Shown here in pieces: positions 48,882-61,300 of a stretch of 64,000 nt of DNA. Location: positions 14,744-78,743 of the forward strand of contig JAHPZE010000019.1 of NCBI GenBank assembly GCA_019058365.1, read 5' to 3'. The notes below the pieces were generated by a model. It did no database searches, had not been told where the DNA came from, and saw only the letters and a program-made list of their open reading frames with translations. Position 1 is the first letter of the stretch; each line of letters begins with the position of its first letter. This DNA is from Promethearchaeota archaeon. Lineage in GTDB: Archaea > Asgardarchaeota > Lokiarchaeia > Sigyniarchaeales > SOKP01. A program made the position numbers and the translations under genes.

Positions 48882-50060
48882 ATTAAATTAGAATTTTCTG
48901 AGAGAGTAAAAAGACTCCCAAAATATATTTTTGTAGAAATTGAACAATTATTATCAGAAAAAAGAAAGGAAGGCATTGATTTAATTCCTCTTGGTATTGG
49001 AGATCCTGATTTATCTACTCCTGAATTAATCATTAATGAATTAATAAGACAGGTGAAAATCCCTAAGAATCATAATTATCCCGCGAGTATGGGCGAAGAA
49101 GATTTTAGAGAAGCAGTAGCAAGATGGTATAAGGTTAGATTTAATGTGGATTTGGATCCAAAGGACGAAATTTCAAATGTGATTGGAGGGAAAGAAGGTG
49201 TTGCAAACATTGCAAGAGCATTTATTAATCCCGGAGATATTGTTCTTTGTCCAAATCCAGGATATCCAGTTTATGAAAATGGCGCAACAAAATTGTGTGA
49301 TGCAGAACCATTTTCAATGCCTCTGTTAAGAGAGAATCAGTTCTTGCCTGAATTAGATACAATTGATAAAAAAGTTCTTAAAAAAGCTAAATTAATGTAT
49401 TTAAATTACCCGAATAACCCTACTGGTGCAATTGCTTCGAAGGAATTCTTAAAAAAAGCAGTAGATTACGCTGAAGATTATAATTTTTTTATTGTTCATG
49501 ATAATCCTTATTCAGAGTTTACTTTTGGGGATTATATTGCTCCATCGATATTACAAATAGATCAAAACCATGTTGAGATTAATAGTGCATCTAAAATGTT
49601 TAATATGACAGGATTTAGATGTGGTTGGGTTGCTGGTAATAGAGATCTTATTAAAGGATTAAGAAATATTAAATCGCAAATTGATTCTGGCTGCCCAAAG
49701 TTTATACAGAGAGCGGTAAGTAAAGGATTAGATGAATATCTTTCAAATAAAAAACCAGATATTGTACAAAAAACAGTTGATATATATGAAAAACGCAGAG
49801 ATATCCTTATTAAGGGTCTGAATGATATTGGCTGGAAAACAGACAAACCCAAGGCAACATTTTATGTCTGGACTCAAATTCCTGAAAAGTATAGAGATTT
49901 CGGATGTATGGAATTTGTAAAAAAATTAATTAATAATGGAGTAGTAATTACTCCAGGAATAGGTTTTGGTCAATATGGAGAAGGATTTGTTAGATTTGCT
50001 TTAACCCAACCAGAAGACCGAATATATGAAGCAATAGAAAGAATTAATCTAATAATCTAG
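48882..50060 (+). CDS. dapL: LL-diaminopimelate aminotransferase-like PLP class I/II aminotransferase
   Basis: Upstream extension FSERVKRLPKYIF...LGIGDPD is in frame; GGKEG, LNYPNNPTG, DNPYSE, SASKMFNMTGFRCG and PGIGFG..GEGFVR. Start placed at ATT 48882, since there is an in-frame TAA at 48879. Confidence 0.82.
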   Translation: MKLEFSERVKRLPKYIFVEIEQLLSEKRKEGIDLIPLGIGDPDLSTPELIINELIRQVKIPKNHNYPASMGEEDFREAVARWYKVRFNVDLDPKDEISNVIGGKEGVANIARAFINPGDIVLCPNPGYPVYENGATKLCDAEPFSMPLLRENQFLPELDTIDKKVLKKAKLMYLNYPNNPTGAIASKEFLKKAVDYAEDYNFFIVHDNPYSEFTFGDYIAPSILQIDQNHVEINSASKMFNMTGFRCGWVAGNRDLIKGLRNIKSQIDSGCPKFIQRAVSKGLDEYLSNKKPDIVQKTVDIYEKRRDILIKGLNDIGWKTDKPKATFYVWTQIPEKYRDFGCMEFVKKLINNGVVITPGIGFGQYGEGFVRFALTQPEDRIYEAIERINLII

Positions 50061-50111
50061 TAATAATTTAAAAAAAAAGAGTTATAAATATAGAGAAGAT
50101 TGTTGTTAATT

Positions 50112-50291
50112 CTACCCCAGTTTTTTACTCATCTTTATCCTCAATGCTTTCAATCTTTTCTCATCTTCAGCCTCAAGGCTTTCTGAAAATTCATTTGGGA
50201 CTTTTAATGAAATCATAACTGGAGCGGTATAAGAATCCCAATCTTTATAATAATCTAATATCAGATCCATTTTATCTGATTCTTTTTCCAG
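50112..50291 (-). CDS. 59-aa small protein (CTG start; ATG 50270 gives 52 aa), missed by the ORF track
   Basis: GGAGGTGA RBS (50298-50305) lies 6 nt before CTG; (M)EKESDKMDLILDYYKDWDSYTAPVMISLKVPNEFSESLEAEDEKRLKALRIKMSKKLG*. Confidence 0.7.
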   Translation of the reverse strand: MEKESDKMDLILDYYKDWDSYTAPVMISLKVPNEFSESLEAEDEKRLKALRIKMSKKLG

Positions 50292-50313
50292 CTTTTTTCA
50301 CCTCCTATTTTAT

Positions 50314-50504
50314 TTGAATCCTTCACTGGGAGACTTAAATCTGATATTGACCTATTTCAAATAAGATTCAATGAGATGTAATGTTAAAAGAGAACAAATC
50401 AAAAAAAATTATTAGAAAAAGGTCAAGAATTTTGATTTATTCTCTCTTAATACCATGGATTAAAGGGAATACTGTAGTATGTATCCTATACCAATCCATA
50501 GTAT
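50314..50504 (-). ncRNA. Putative structured leader/ncRNA (three stems plus kissing loop)
   Basis: Stems 50504-50493/50461-50450, 50450-50430/50404-50384 and 50371-50363/50322-50314. Plus-strand A-C mismatches become G-U pairs on the minus strand. Loops carry the complementary 7-mers UUGACCU and AGGUCAA. Confidence 0.6.
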
Positions 50505-50544
50505 ATTGTGAAAAACTCATTATTTAAATTAAGTTAGAATCACC

Positions 50545-50560
50545 TTATAAATCTTCCCAT
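50545..50560 (-). promoter_or_regulatory. BRE/TATA-like promoter for the structured leader
   Basis: Minus strand reads GGGAAGATTTATAA, matching the AAGATTTATA pattern at other intergenic sites; predicts a TSS near 50520. Confidence 0.45.
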
Positions 50561-50696
50561 TCTATTCCCATTTGTTAGGATTATTAAGTCGCTTTAATTG
50601 ACAAGTAAGTATAATCTTGAAGGAACCCCATAATAACTTATTAAATCAATAATACGTTTATTAAAGATAATAAATCATCTATTAACAACGTGGATT

Positions 50697-52028
50697 TTGA
50701 GAAAGATGAATAAAAAGATTGTTTTAATTGGAGCAGGCTCAACATCATTTGGGCCTCCAATGTTTAATGACATCTATTTAAGTGATGTTTTAGAAGGTTC
50801 AACAATTGTTCTTAATGATATTAATAAAGAAAAGTTAGAAATGATTTATGACCTTTTACTAGCTGAAAATGAAAAACATAATAATAAATTCAGTATTGAA
50901 CGGACAACTGATCGATCTAAAGCTTTAAAGGGTGCTGATTTTATAATTAATTCAATAGAAGTTGGAGATCGAATGAAATTATGGCGCCAAGATTATGAGA
51001 TACCAAAAAAACACGGTTCAACACAGATTTTAGGGGAGTGTGGAGGACCAGGTGGTACTTTTCATGCATGGAGAATAATTCCTCCCATTGTTGAGATCGT
51101 CAAAGATGCTGAAAATATATGCCCTAATGCATTTTTCATTAATTTTTCAAATCCAATGTCTCGTGTTTGCTTGGCAATTAAAAGAAGTGTAAAAAATCTA
51201 AAATTCATTGGATTATGTCATCAAATTGATTTTTTGGTAAAGCATTTACCTATATTATTCAACAAACCCATTACTGACTTAAAAATGAAAGTTGCCGGGC
51301 TTAATCATTTTGCTTTTCTCCTAGAACTAGAGGAATTATCTACGGGAAAGAATTTGATGCCTTTTTTCAATACTAACGCTTTTAATTATTTTAAAAATAA
51401 GGAAGATAGATTCGAGTTTTCAACTCTCACTTTTGAAGTTTTTAAGAAATTTAGACATTTTTCATATGCGGGGGATAATCACTTAGGAGAATATCTCCAA
51501 TTTGGTGAAGAATTCACTGAAACTCGGGATATGATAGATTGGATAAATTTTATAGATAAAGAAGGTGAACTTCGTTTTAAGAGGTATTTACGTTATCATC
51601 GGAGACTTAAGAAAGGTACATATCCAAAAAAAGGAATGTTATCTACAGCACTCTCAGGAGAAAGAGCCATTCCAATAATTGAAGCAATAATTAATAATAT
51701 GAATTCATATGAAACTGCTGTAAATATTCCTAATAATAATATTGTTGATAATTTACCGCAAGACTTAATTTTAGAATGCTCAATAACAGTTGATAAAGAT
51801 GGTGTTCATGGGGTAAAAATAGGATCTTTGCCAAAGAATATCGCTGCATTACTTCGTATAGAAGCCACAATCCAAGACTTATGTGTTGAAGCAGTCCTTA
51901 GAAAATCTAAGGATATTGCGATCGCATGTTTAGCTATCGATCCGAATGTTGGAAATTTTGAAATGGCAGAAAACATCTTTAATGAGATGATTGAATTACA
52001 GAAAGGCCTTTTACCGAACTTCAAATAA
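50697..52028 (+). CDS. Family 4 glycoside hydrolase (alpha-galactosidase/glucosidase, NAD-dependent)
   Basis: KIVLIGAGSTSF, GECGGPGG, INFSNPM, GLCH, AGLNH and HLGEY. Confidence 0.93.
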   Translation: MRKMNKKIVLIGAGSTSFGPPMFNDIYLSDVLEGSTIVLNDINKEKLEMIYDLLLAENEKHNNKFSIERTTDRSKALKGADFIINSIEVGDRMKLWRQDYEIPKKHGSTQILGECGGPGGTFHAWRIIPPIVEIVKDAENICPNAFFINFSNPMSRVCLAIKRSVKNLKFIGLCHQIDFLVKHLPILFNKPITDLKMKVAGLNHFAFLLELEELSTGKNLMPFFNTNAFNYFKNKEDRFEFSTLTFEVFKKFRHFSYAGDNHLGEYLQFGEEFTETRDMIDWINFIDKEGELRFKRYLRYHRRLKKGTYPKKGMLSTALSGERAIPIIEAIINNMNSYETAVNIPNNNIVDNLPQDLILECSITVDKDGVHGVKIGSLPKNIAALLRIEATIQDLCVEAVLRKSKDIAIACLAIDPNVGNFEMAENIFNEMIELQKGLLPNFK

Positions 52029-52308
52029 TCAATGAATTTTTCCCTATTAAACCAAATTGAAAGTTATAATTGAATTTTCTAAATCAACAGAAAACTTTTC
52101 GTTTTTCTTTTTTCCAATTATTTTTAAAACAAAAGATTCATAAATATAATTTATAAATTCTTACCACTAAAATATTAATTCTACCTCTATTTTTTAAGAT
52201 TTACCAATGTGAATAATAAAACCTTTTAAATGAGCTTAACACCTTAGTAAATATATCCTATTATATTTATAAATTAATATTTTTATTATTCTCACGATCC
52301 AATAATAA

Positions 52309-55300
52309 TTGTGTTGGGCGATGATATCAGAAAATAGCAACAATTCACAAGAACGGATAAGGAAGGCCACAGAAGTTCTCCAGAAATTCTGGTGGTTCTC
52401 GTTTTTTTTAATCATTGCTCCCTTAATTGTAGGAATTGTATTTTTTTCAATTTTGAATTTCGCGGGAGTAGGTTTATTTATTGCTTTATCTCTATCAGTA
52501 GTAAGTTTTATGTTCGCTTTGCTTTTTTTCTATAAAGCCTTTGATAAATATAGAGATAATCCATTTTTTCTAAATAAAAAGAATAATCTCATTGCACGAA
52601 TTCATATCCTTTTTCTGATTTCTATATTATCATTTATTTCAACTCCTATTTTTATACTTATTTCCCCATTTGACTCATTTTATCATCTTCCAGTTATAAG
52701 TTATGCAATCCTTTACAATATTGTCTATTATTATTATTACTTCCAACCAATAGACTTTTTTGACTTGTCTGAAGAGGAATTCAAACATGCAGGTAGTTTT
52801 GAGTTAATTGCTAAGCAACCTTACAACTTTTTTGTTGTTATTAATCACATCGTTCAAATTATTTTTTTAATTTTTACTGCTTATACTAACTTTTCTTGGC
52901 TTTTTGCTCTTATAACAAACTTAGTCTTTTATTTCATCACATTAACAAGAACTAAAAACCAAATTAAAGTAATCAATGAATCAATAGTTAAAAAAAGCCC
53001 AATTTTGAAAGAATTAACGTCTTTTAAACGACGTTTTGTAGTTTCTATAATTAGTCTAATTTTTGTTTTATTAATTCAAATGCCCTTTGTTATTATTATC
53101 ATATTCAGTCTATCAGGAATTCAGTATTCGAGCTTAGATCTGATAAACAATTCCTTTTTAACAATAATATTCATCTTGTTCTATTTTAAATCTAAGTTTT
53201 ATGTAGATTACTACTATGGTTCAAAACTCGATCTTTATGATAAGCCTAGCAAAATTGAAAAATCAGAGGAAACTTACTCATTGTTAAGTACTAAATATCA
53301 AAAGTACAATTCTTATATATCTATATTTTTAATTCTCTTAATTACATCATTCTCTTTTTTGATTCAAATACCCTTATTAATCTTAATTATTCTTCCATTC
53401 ATTTATATACTTCTTCATTATGAGCAGAAGTATGACCTCTGTTCAAAAAAATATAATAAAATCGTAATTTTATTAAATTCTATTGCTCTTTTAACATACA
53501 TCTCTTTTGGGATAATCCCACCTATAATAGAGACCGTATTATTAAATTTTATGGTGTTTTGTATTTTTTTATATGCTGTTTTGCAGGTATTTGTTAAATT
53601 GGAATATTATACTAAAGAAAATGTTATTATAATTCAAAATTTACTTGCTGTTGCTAGTTTTACTTTATTAGTATATACATTCTTTCCGATTATTATTGTT
53701 GAATATACCGCTTATACAACAGACCCTTTTTTAATTCTCATTTCAAATATTCTCTTGCATTCATTAATTATTTCGGTGATCCTTTTAATCTCTCAATATG
53801 TTTTAGGGGTAAGATACTTTTACAGTAAATCCCCGAAGCTATTCAGAATCGTTGTTTTAATAAATAGTTTTTTAATCGAATTATTTATTTTTACTTTTAT
53901 ATTATTCAGTAACTATTTTTTAATCGATTTAATTCCTTTTCTACAAGGAATAATAATAACATTTGTACTATTTCCCATTTTTTTCATTTTTTTTCTTTAC
54001 ATAAATTATGGCTTACATCTGTTTCCCTTAGAATACTTCTTGAAATTATGCTATTTCACGCTCTGGATAGTTTTAATTGATTTTTTTATATCCATATTCA
54101 TAATATCTCTATTTACTACCTACTATATTATAATACCAATCGATTGCATTATTACTTCTATTTTTTATTACTTTTTATCAAAGTTCGGGTTAACATTGGA
54201 AAGAGTAGATGAACTCAAATTTAAAAAACACGTTAAAATCAATTCTTATTTAATAACAGTTGAACTATTTTCTCTATTTAATTTAATGTTTTTTGGCGCT
54301 TTTCAAGCGCTATCGTTATTTGAGAATATAATGTATTCAACATATTTATCATTAGCTTTAGTCTGTATAATAATTAATCTATTTTCGAAAAAAGAGATTT
54401 TTTCTGAAGATCTTTATATAAAATTAAACACGTTTATTCTGCTATATACTTCAGTAATAGCGTTTTACTATTTTTTGTTGCTAACACTTGATAATTTTTA
54501 TGTTTTTATAATTCCTCTCATGGTTTTTAACATAATCATTTTCATACCAATTTTATATTTAAGAAAGAAAAAACTATACCCTCAACTTATCTCTAAATCT
54601 ATAAGAATAAATAGTATTTTATTAGCAATTACAATATCTTTAATTCCAACAATCACAAGTTTAGAATTATACTTTTTAGGTTTATATTTTGATTTAATAT
54701 TCTTATTAATGACAACAATTAATTTTACTTTGTATATTTTATTACTAATTTTTGCAATCAGCTACCAGATATTAAAAAAAATCAATAGTGATGGAAACCA
54801 AACAAATTATTCTCTGAAATTACAGGTACTCATAACAGTTTGTATTAGCTTTACAACAATATTTTATTATTCATTTTTCTTACTAATCGGCACCTTATAT
54901 TATTATATTATCTTACCTCCAATTTTTACTTCTTGCTTCCTATACATCCCTCTCTTTTTGTCTTATAAGAGATCGATTTTCAATATTGAACATATAAAAA
55001 GAGCAATCATTTTAAATACAATAATTCTAGCAGGGTTATTCACTTCAATTCCAGTAGTAATTGGTCTGAATTTATTCTGGTTAGGTTTTATTTTTGATTT
55101 CAATATTTTTGTATTTAATATTTTCAATTCTTCCACATATATTTTCTATGCTTTTTTATTGATTCTTATAAATTTATCAAGAACGCTTAAGATCAAGGAA
55201 AAATATATTTCAAATTTAAATCAACTTAAAATTGTTGTCTTATTTAGTGTTTCTATTACAACTATCTTCTTTTATCCCTTCTTCTTATTAATCAATACTT

Positions 55301-58300
55301 TATATTATATTGTCATACCTTCAATTCTTACTTCCTGCTTCCTTTATATCCTTTTATATTATTCATATAAAACTGCAATTTTCAAAATTGAACATATAAA
55401 AAGAGTAATCATTATAAATACGATAATTCTTACAGGATTATTTACTTCGATTCCAGTACTAATTGGTTTAAATTTATTTTTATTAGGTATGGTTTTTAAT
55501 TTCAATATTTTTGTATTAAATATTTTAAATTCTTCTATATATATCTTCTATGCTTTTTTATTGATTCTAATTAATTTATCAAAAAAGCTTAAGATCAAGG
55601 ATAAATTCATTTCAAGTTTAAATCAACTTAAAATTATTATTTTATTTACTATTTCTATTACAACCATCTTCTGTTATCCATTTTTCCTATTAATCAATAC
55701 TCTTTATGGAATATTCCTACCAATAATTGCATTACTTTTTTCTTGGTTCTTCCTTTTTTATTATTCCTACAAGCAAGAATATTTCAATTTAGAATTTGTT
55801 AAAAAATTAACAATATATAATTTTATTATCTTCTCCTGTTTGATTATTTCTTTACCAACGATTATAGGGTTAGAATTAACGAGAATTGGATTAACAGCAA
55901 ACATAAAATTAATAATTACTGTAACCTTATTCCTATTTTTTAGTTTTCTAAAGATTTCCGAAGGCATAAGTGTTAAAATTATATTGAAAGAGAAATACAT
56001 TAAACAATTCAAATTGTCAGAGTTAATTTCATGGTTTTTATTTACACTGTTTATCTCTTATTATATAGCATCGACTTTTATTGTAGAATTAGTTTTTACC
56101 CCAATAACATCTCTTATTTTAGCTTGTAGTTTCTTAACTTTCTTTATTTTGAATATATATACAGTAGAATTGATGTCTAATTATCTCCCCGATTATCCAA
56201 ATATTAAATATTTTAAAGATCTAGGACTCTATGGGATAATAATATCAATCTCATTCGTTTTTACATTTTTAGGACTTACAACAGGGCTTTTTTCTTTTCT
56301 TATCTGGTGGCCCACAATATTAGGCATTTCATTCTTAATTGGCTTCTTTCTTGTGATTTTTATTATATTCCTAAACGTATGTGATAAACAATTTCAACTG
56401 TCACAAACAAAAATTGTTTCCAAGTTATTATCATGGTTAACTGTAAAGATAATCATTAGTCTTTCGATCATATCACTTATTGAATTTTTCGGATTTCTCT
56501 TATCTATTATTAATAAAGTCTTTTTGTTTTCCTTAACGTTCACGTTTTTAACACCTATAAGCCTTTATATATTGGAGAATTTGAGGTTTATTTCATCTAA
56601 AAAGCAAATGCTATTGAAAAAAATCACTTTAACAATATTTATTGTATCGATATTGATTTTATACATAGAATTTCTTTATTCATTAATATCTGTAATTCCT
56701 ATCTTTTATTTTATTCCTTTTATTCAAATAAGTGCTATCATTGCCAATTTAATCTTGTTTTTATATTATTATAGTATAAGATTTAACAAAATAATAGAAA
56801 TAAAATCTGTTTTTGAATTTTATAAAATTTATTTCCTATCCTTTTTATTATTTTTAAGTTTACTTTATTTTAACTCAGAGTCTTCAATTTTCCTTATATT
56901 AATATCCTATTTGCTCATCCTTTCTAAGAGGAGTACCATCCCCTTTTTTCGGTTTCTTTCATACTTTTTACTGAGTTATTTTACCTTCCTCGAAATTATT
57001 GTTATTCTCAGTTTTTATAACGTTATAATAGGCTTTGATATAGCATTAACAGGTATTTTCATTATTATTTATCTCTTATCTTTATGTGGGGTATTAGTAT
57101 TCACCATTTTGCTAAATATAAAGAAAAATAATACTTTAGAAAAATTTTATCTATATTCTGTCATTTCTCTTCTATCTTTTGTTACATTGATGATATTTAC
57201 TAATATATTGCTTCTTTATAACCTAACAATATCACTTTTCCTAGAATTGCTATTTTTAGGAATTTTCTTCTATCACCAGAAAGATGAGCGATATAAATGG
57301 TTTATCAAACCATGTGTAATTTTGTTCATATTTGATATTATTAGCTTTCTATCATACTCCTGGCTTTTTAATAACCAAGTCTTTGCAGATTACAATTCGA
57401 TTCTAACTTTTACTATTACAATGACTGTCACTGGATTTGGGTTTATCCTATTGTATAATAGTTCACCAGCAAGATTCAGAAAAAGATCTTTTTATATTGT
57501 ATTGATTTCAATTATAATCTCATTTCCTACTTTCTTATATTTTATTATTATTGCTTCTTTAATGATGCCTCTATTTTCCTTAGTCCCATTAATATTTGCG
57601 ATTGATATTGGCGTTCTTATATTTTATTTATCTATTGGGATTTATCAATGGAAGATATCCATGGCAATTTGGAAATCTGGATGGTATGCTTGGAATCTAT
57701 TACCTTTTGTTAACTTTATTATCATTTATCAAAGTCTCACCGGAATAGATATTTTTACAAACTCATTGAGATTTGGAGCATTTGATGCTAGTGGGTCATT
57801 TATTTTATCTATAATAATCTGCTCGTTATTTTTCTTTCCTGTTGTGTATACCAAAATCAAGAAGAATTTCTCTACAATAGTTTTTATTGTTTGGGGTGAG
57901 AGTTTATTCTTACTTTATTGGGTTAGCCTAAATTTATTTGTATCGGATATTTTGTTAAGAAATTTTTCTTTTATTTTGTTTTCAGTCGTTTTATTGATGC
58001 CATTATTAGCGATATTTAAATACTGGAAAATTATTTCAATTCTTTGGGTATTCCCTCTAACGATTATTAACGTTACATTTCTATTTTTCTATTTGTTATC
58101 AATTGGGGTCTCATTAGAGATGACTGTTTCACTTGATATTTTAGTGATAGGGTTATTTCTAATAGTTTACTCGTTTTTTCCAAATATTAGATCAATTGGG
58201 GTTGTTTTAATAAGTGGATATGTCGTTACTTTATTAGGTATTTTCTTGACAATCTATTTCATTCTTTACTTAATTATTTTGAATCCAATTTTTTCACTAA

Positions 58301-61300
58301 ATATTAGTTTTCTCGTAATTGGTTTCAGTCTTTTTTCCTCTAAATATGTTGAAGTTCCAAAAAGACTTATCGATTTGTGTCTTTCATGGATTCTAATTCT
58401 CAACCTTTCATGGTTTACCTTTAATACGTTCAATCTATTTCCGGGGCTACTGATATCTGGTTTATCATTAGCATTAACCGTATTTGGATGTTCTTTATTT
58501 ATATTTAATCGCTATAAAATGAAAATGCGTATTAATAAGATAATTCCCTTTTTAATAGTGGCATTTGGAACATCTTCCTCAATTACATCCTTAAGTTATA
58601 TTATATTTAATGCAACACCGGGTATTTTAATTTCTATGTTTTCTTCTGTGTTTATTATATTCCTTTACTTCATTTTTGTTGAATATCGTTATATTCTCTG
58701 GTTTATTATTCCAATTCCTATCACAACACCTATATTAGAAGTTCTACTGAGATTTGAAGTAATAAAACCTTTCTGGCTTTTAACTTGGGCCATGATTTAC
58801 CTTTTTACTTTTCAAATTTTAATTAACTTATTTAAAAATACAGTAAAGGAAGAACCACCAGAAATAAAAAATAGTATATTAAAGTTTTATAAAGATAAAG
58901 ATCAATTAAGATGGCTTAATCTTACATGCTTCATTCTTAATTCAATGTTTTCTTCCATTTTCTTCGCAATTATTATTCCATATTTAATGCCATATTTGGT
59001 ATTTTCTCAAATTTTATTTGTTTACCAAATCTCTGATTTTCTAATATTATGGCCAATTTTATTTTTGCTTTGTATGAAATATATAGAAAAATCGGAGATA
59101 GATATAAAGATAAAAGATATCTTACGTTATTTTAGCAAAATTAGTGCTATTTTCTATCTTTTAATTCCAATAGCGCTAGGCATCAATATTTTTCTTTATA
59201 TGATTTTAATTAATTCGAACCTTGTAATTACTATTTATATTGTATTGCTAGTGATAAGTGGATTAGTATTTATTGAAGTATCTTTCATAGACCGGAATCT
59301 CTTATATTTATTATTTAATTCATCCCGGAATAAACTAACTTTATGGTCTTGGGTTATTTTTAGTAATATTTTGTCTCTATTCCTCTTTTTATTTCATTTA
59401 AACTTTTTCCTGTTAGTTTTAACAATCTCACTTTTAGGACTTATTTCTCTTTATTTCTTATCTTACTTAGATATTTCTAAACAAATAATTACCAAAGGTC
59501 GTTTAATACTCATTTATAATTCATTTATTTGGAGTTCTTTTTATCTAGCATCCTTAATCTCTGATGGATTGATACTAATCTTCGAAGAGTTAATAGGATT
59601 TGCCTACTATTCGTTGTTATTCCAAAATTCATCATTTATATTATATATTTTAAGCGTTTCCTTCGTTAGAATTGAAAAAGATATAAAAAATAAAATCGAA
59701 TTTTCTCTTTTCATTATATTCCAGGGATTGTTAGCAATTAATTTAATATACATCTTCATATTAAATGGTATTTTAAACTTTTTCTCAGTTAATTTAGTCA
59801 TTTTTATAGAGGTATGTCTTTCATTCATATCTGTTTACTATTTCAATTTTATATTAGCTGAGAAGAAATATCCAAATTTTCTGCTAAAAATGCATTCAAT
59901 TTTGTTTTTGATATTGTATTGTGAAATAAGCATTATAATTTATGGTTTATTAAGCGGAGTAATAGGAATTTATGAAAGTATTATAGTATCTCTTTCTGTA
60001 TTATTGATTTTCACATCACTAGATATTTATTCAATTAAAAAGATAAAGGAGGGCTATGCACGTTTAATTCATACTATTAGCTTTTTAACAATTTCAGTGT
60101 TAACGTTTCTAATCTTATATGATTATATCTCTCAATATCCATTCTTTCTTGGTTTAGGAATTTTTATTTTTATGATAATGCAATTTTATACTAATTATTC
60201 TCTCTTTAAGGCATTAGAGGATTTGTACCCAAAAGGTCAAGTTTCTCTTAAAAAAGACCAAAAAGTTATTCAAAAATTAATCGGAACAGTTTTTTATGCT
60301 ACAATATGCATATTCTTAAGTCAAATTTTAACTTTGTATGGAGTCGAATTACAATTGATCCTTTTAATTTTAAGTCTCGTAATCCATGGATTAATGATAA
60401 TAGACAAATTTTTACTGAAATTTTTAGGAAAAATCACTAATTATATTCAAGTAATCTCTTGGATCTCTATTATGATATTTACATCTACCTATTTAATATG
60501 GGTGTATAGCACCTATTTTGCCGCTTTCTTTTATACAGTTATTCCCATCATCGTTATTATCCTACTACTTGAGTTTGCTTACCTTATGAATTTGTTAGCT
60601 TTTTGGAGTTTTGTTGCCTTCAATAAAGAGAAGATAAGGTTTTTACTGATATTAATATCATATCTCAATTTTATAACTTGGCCTTTATATTTTGCTTCTT
60701 TGAATCTATTACACACCCTTAATTTAACACTCGCGTCTTTTTTCATCATGTTTTTGATAACCTTAATTGATAATATTTTAAGGCAAGATTTCCGAAAATC
60801 GTTAAGATCGTTCTCGATTCTAATAATTGGAGGATTATTGTCCATTGATTCTTTCTTATTGCTGAATTCTCTTCCGAATTTCAATATTTTTTTGAATTTA
60901 AGTATTTCTTCCTTAGTTATACATGTATTAATGTTAATAGATAGCTATTTGTTGAAATTTATCGGGAAATTTACTAACTCCATTAAGGTGTTTTCATACA
61001 TCTTAATTATGATTTTTACATCAGTATATTTAACGTGGCTTTATAGTACCTTTTATTTAACTTTCTCTCCTACTGTGATTCCATTCATTATTATTATCCT
61101 TATCCTTGAATTTGCCTATCTTTTCAAAGTATCGGCATCTTGGAAATTAGTTGCGTCCAATAAAGAAAGAATTAAATTTTATTTGATTATATCAACATAT
61201 CTTAATTTTATAACTTGGCCTTTATATTTTGCTTCTTTAAATCCATTTTACGTTCTTAATTTAGTGTTAGCTTCTTTTTTCATTATGTTTTTCTTATCTT

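Noticed and set aside
50314-50504. Lysine riboswitch or SECIS, given proximity to dapL
   Set aside because: The element is downstream of and antisense to dapL. I see no lysine-riboswitch core consensus, no SECIS AUGA/GA quartet and no adjacent TGA-containing gene.
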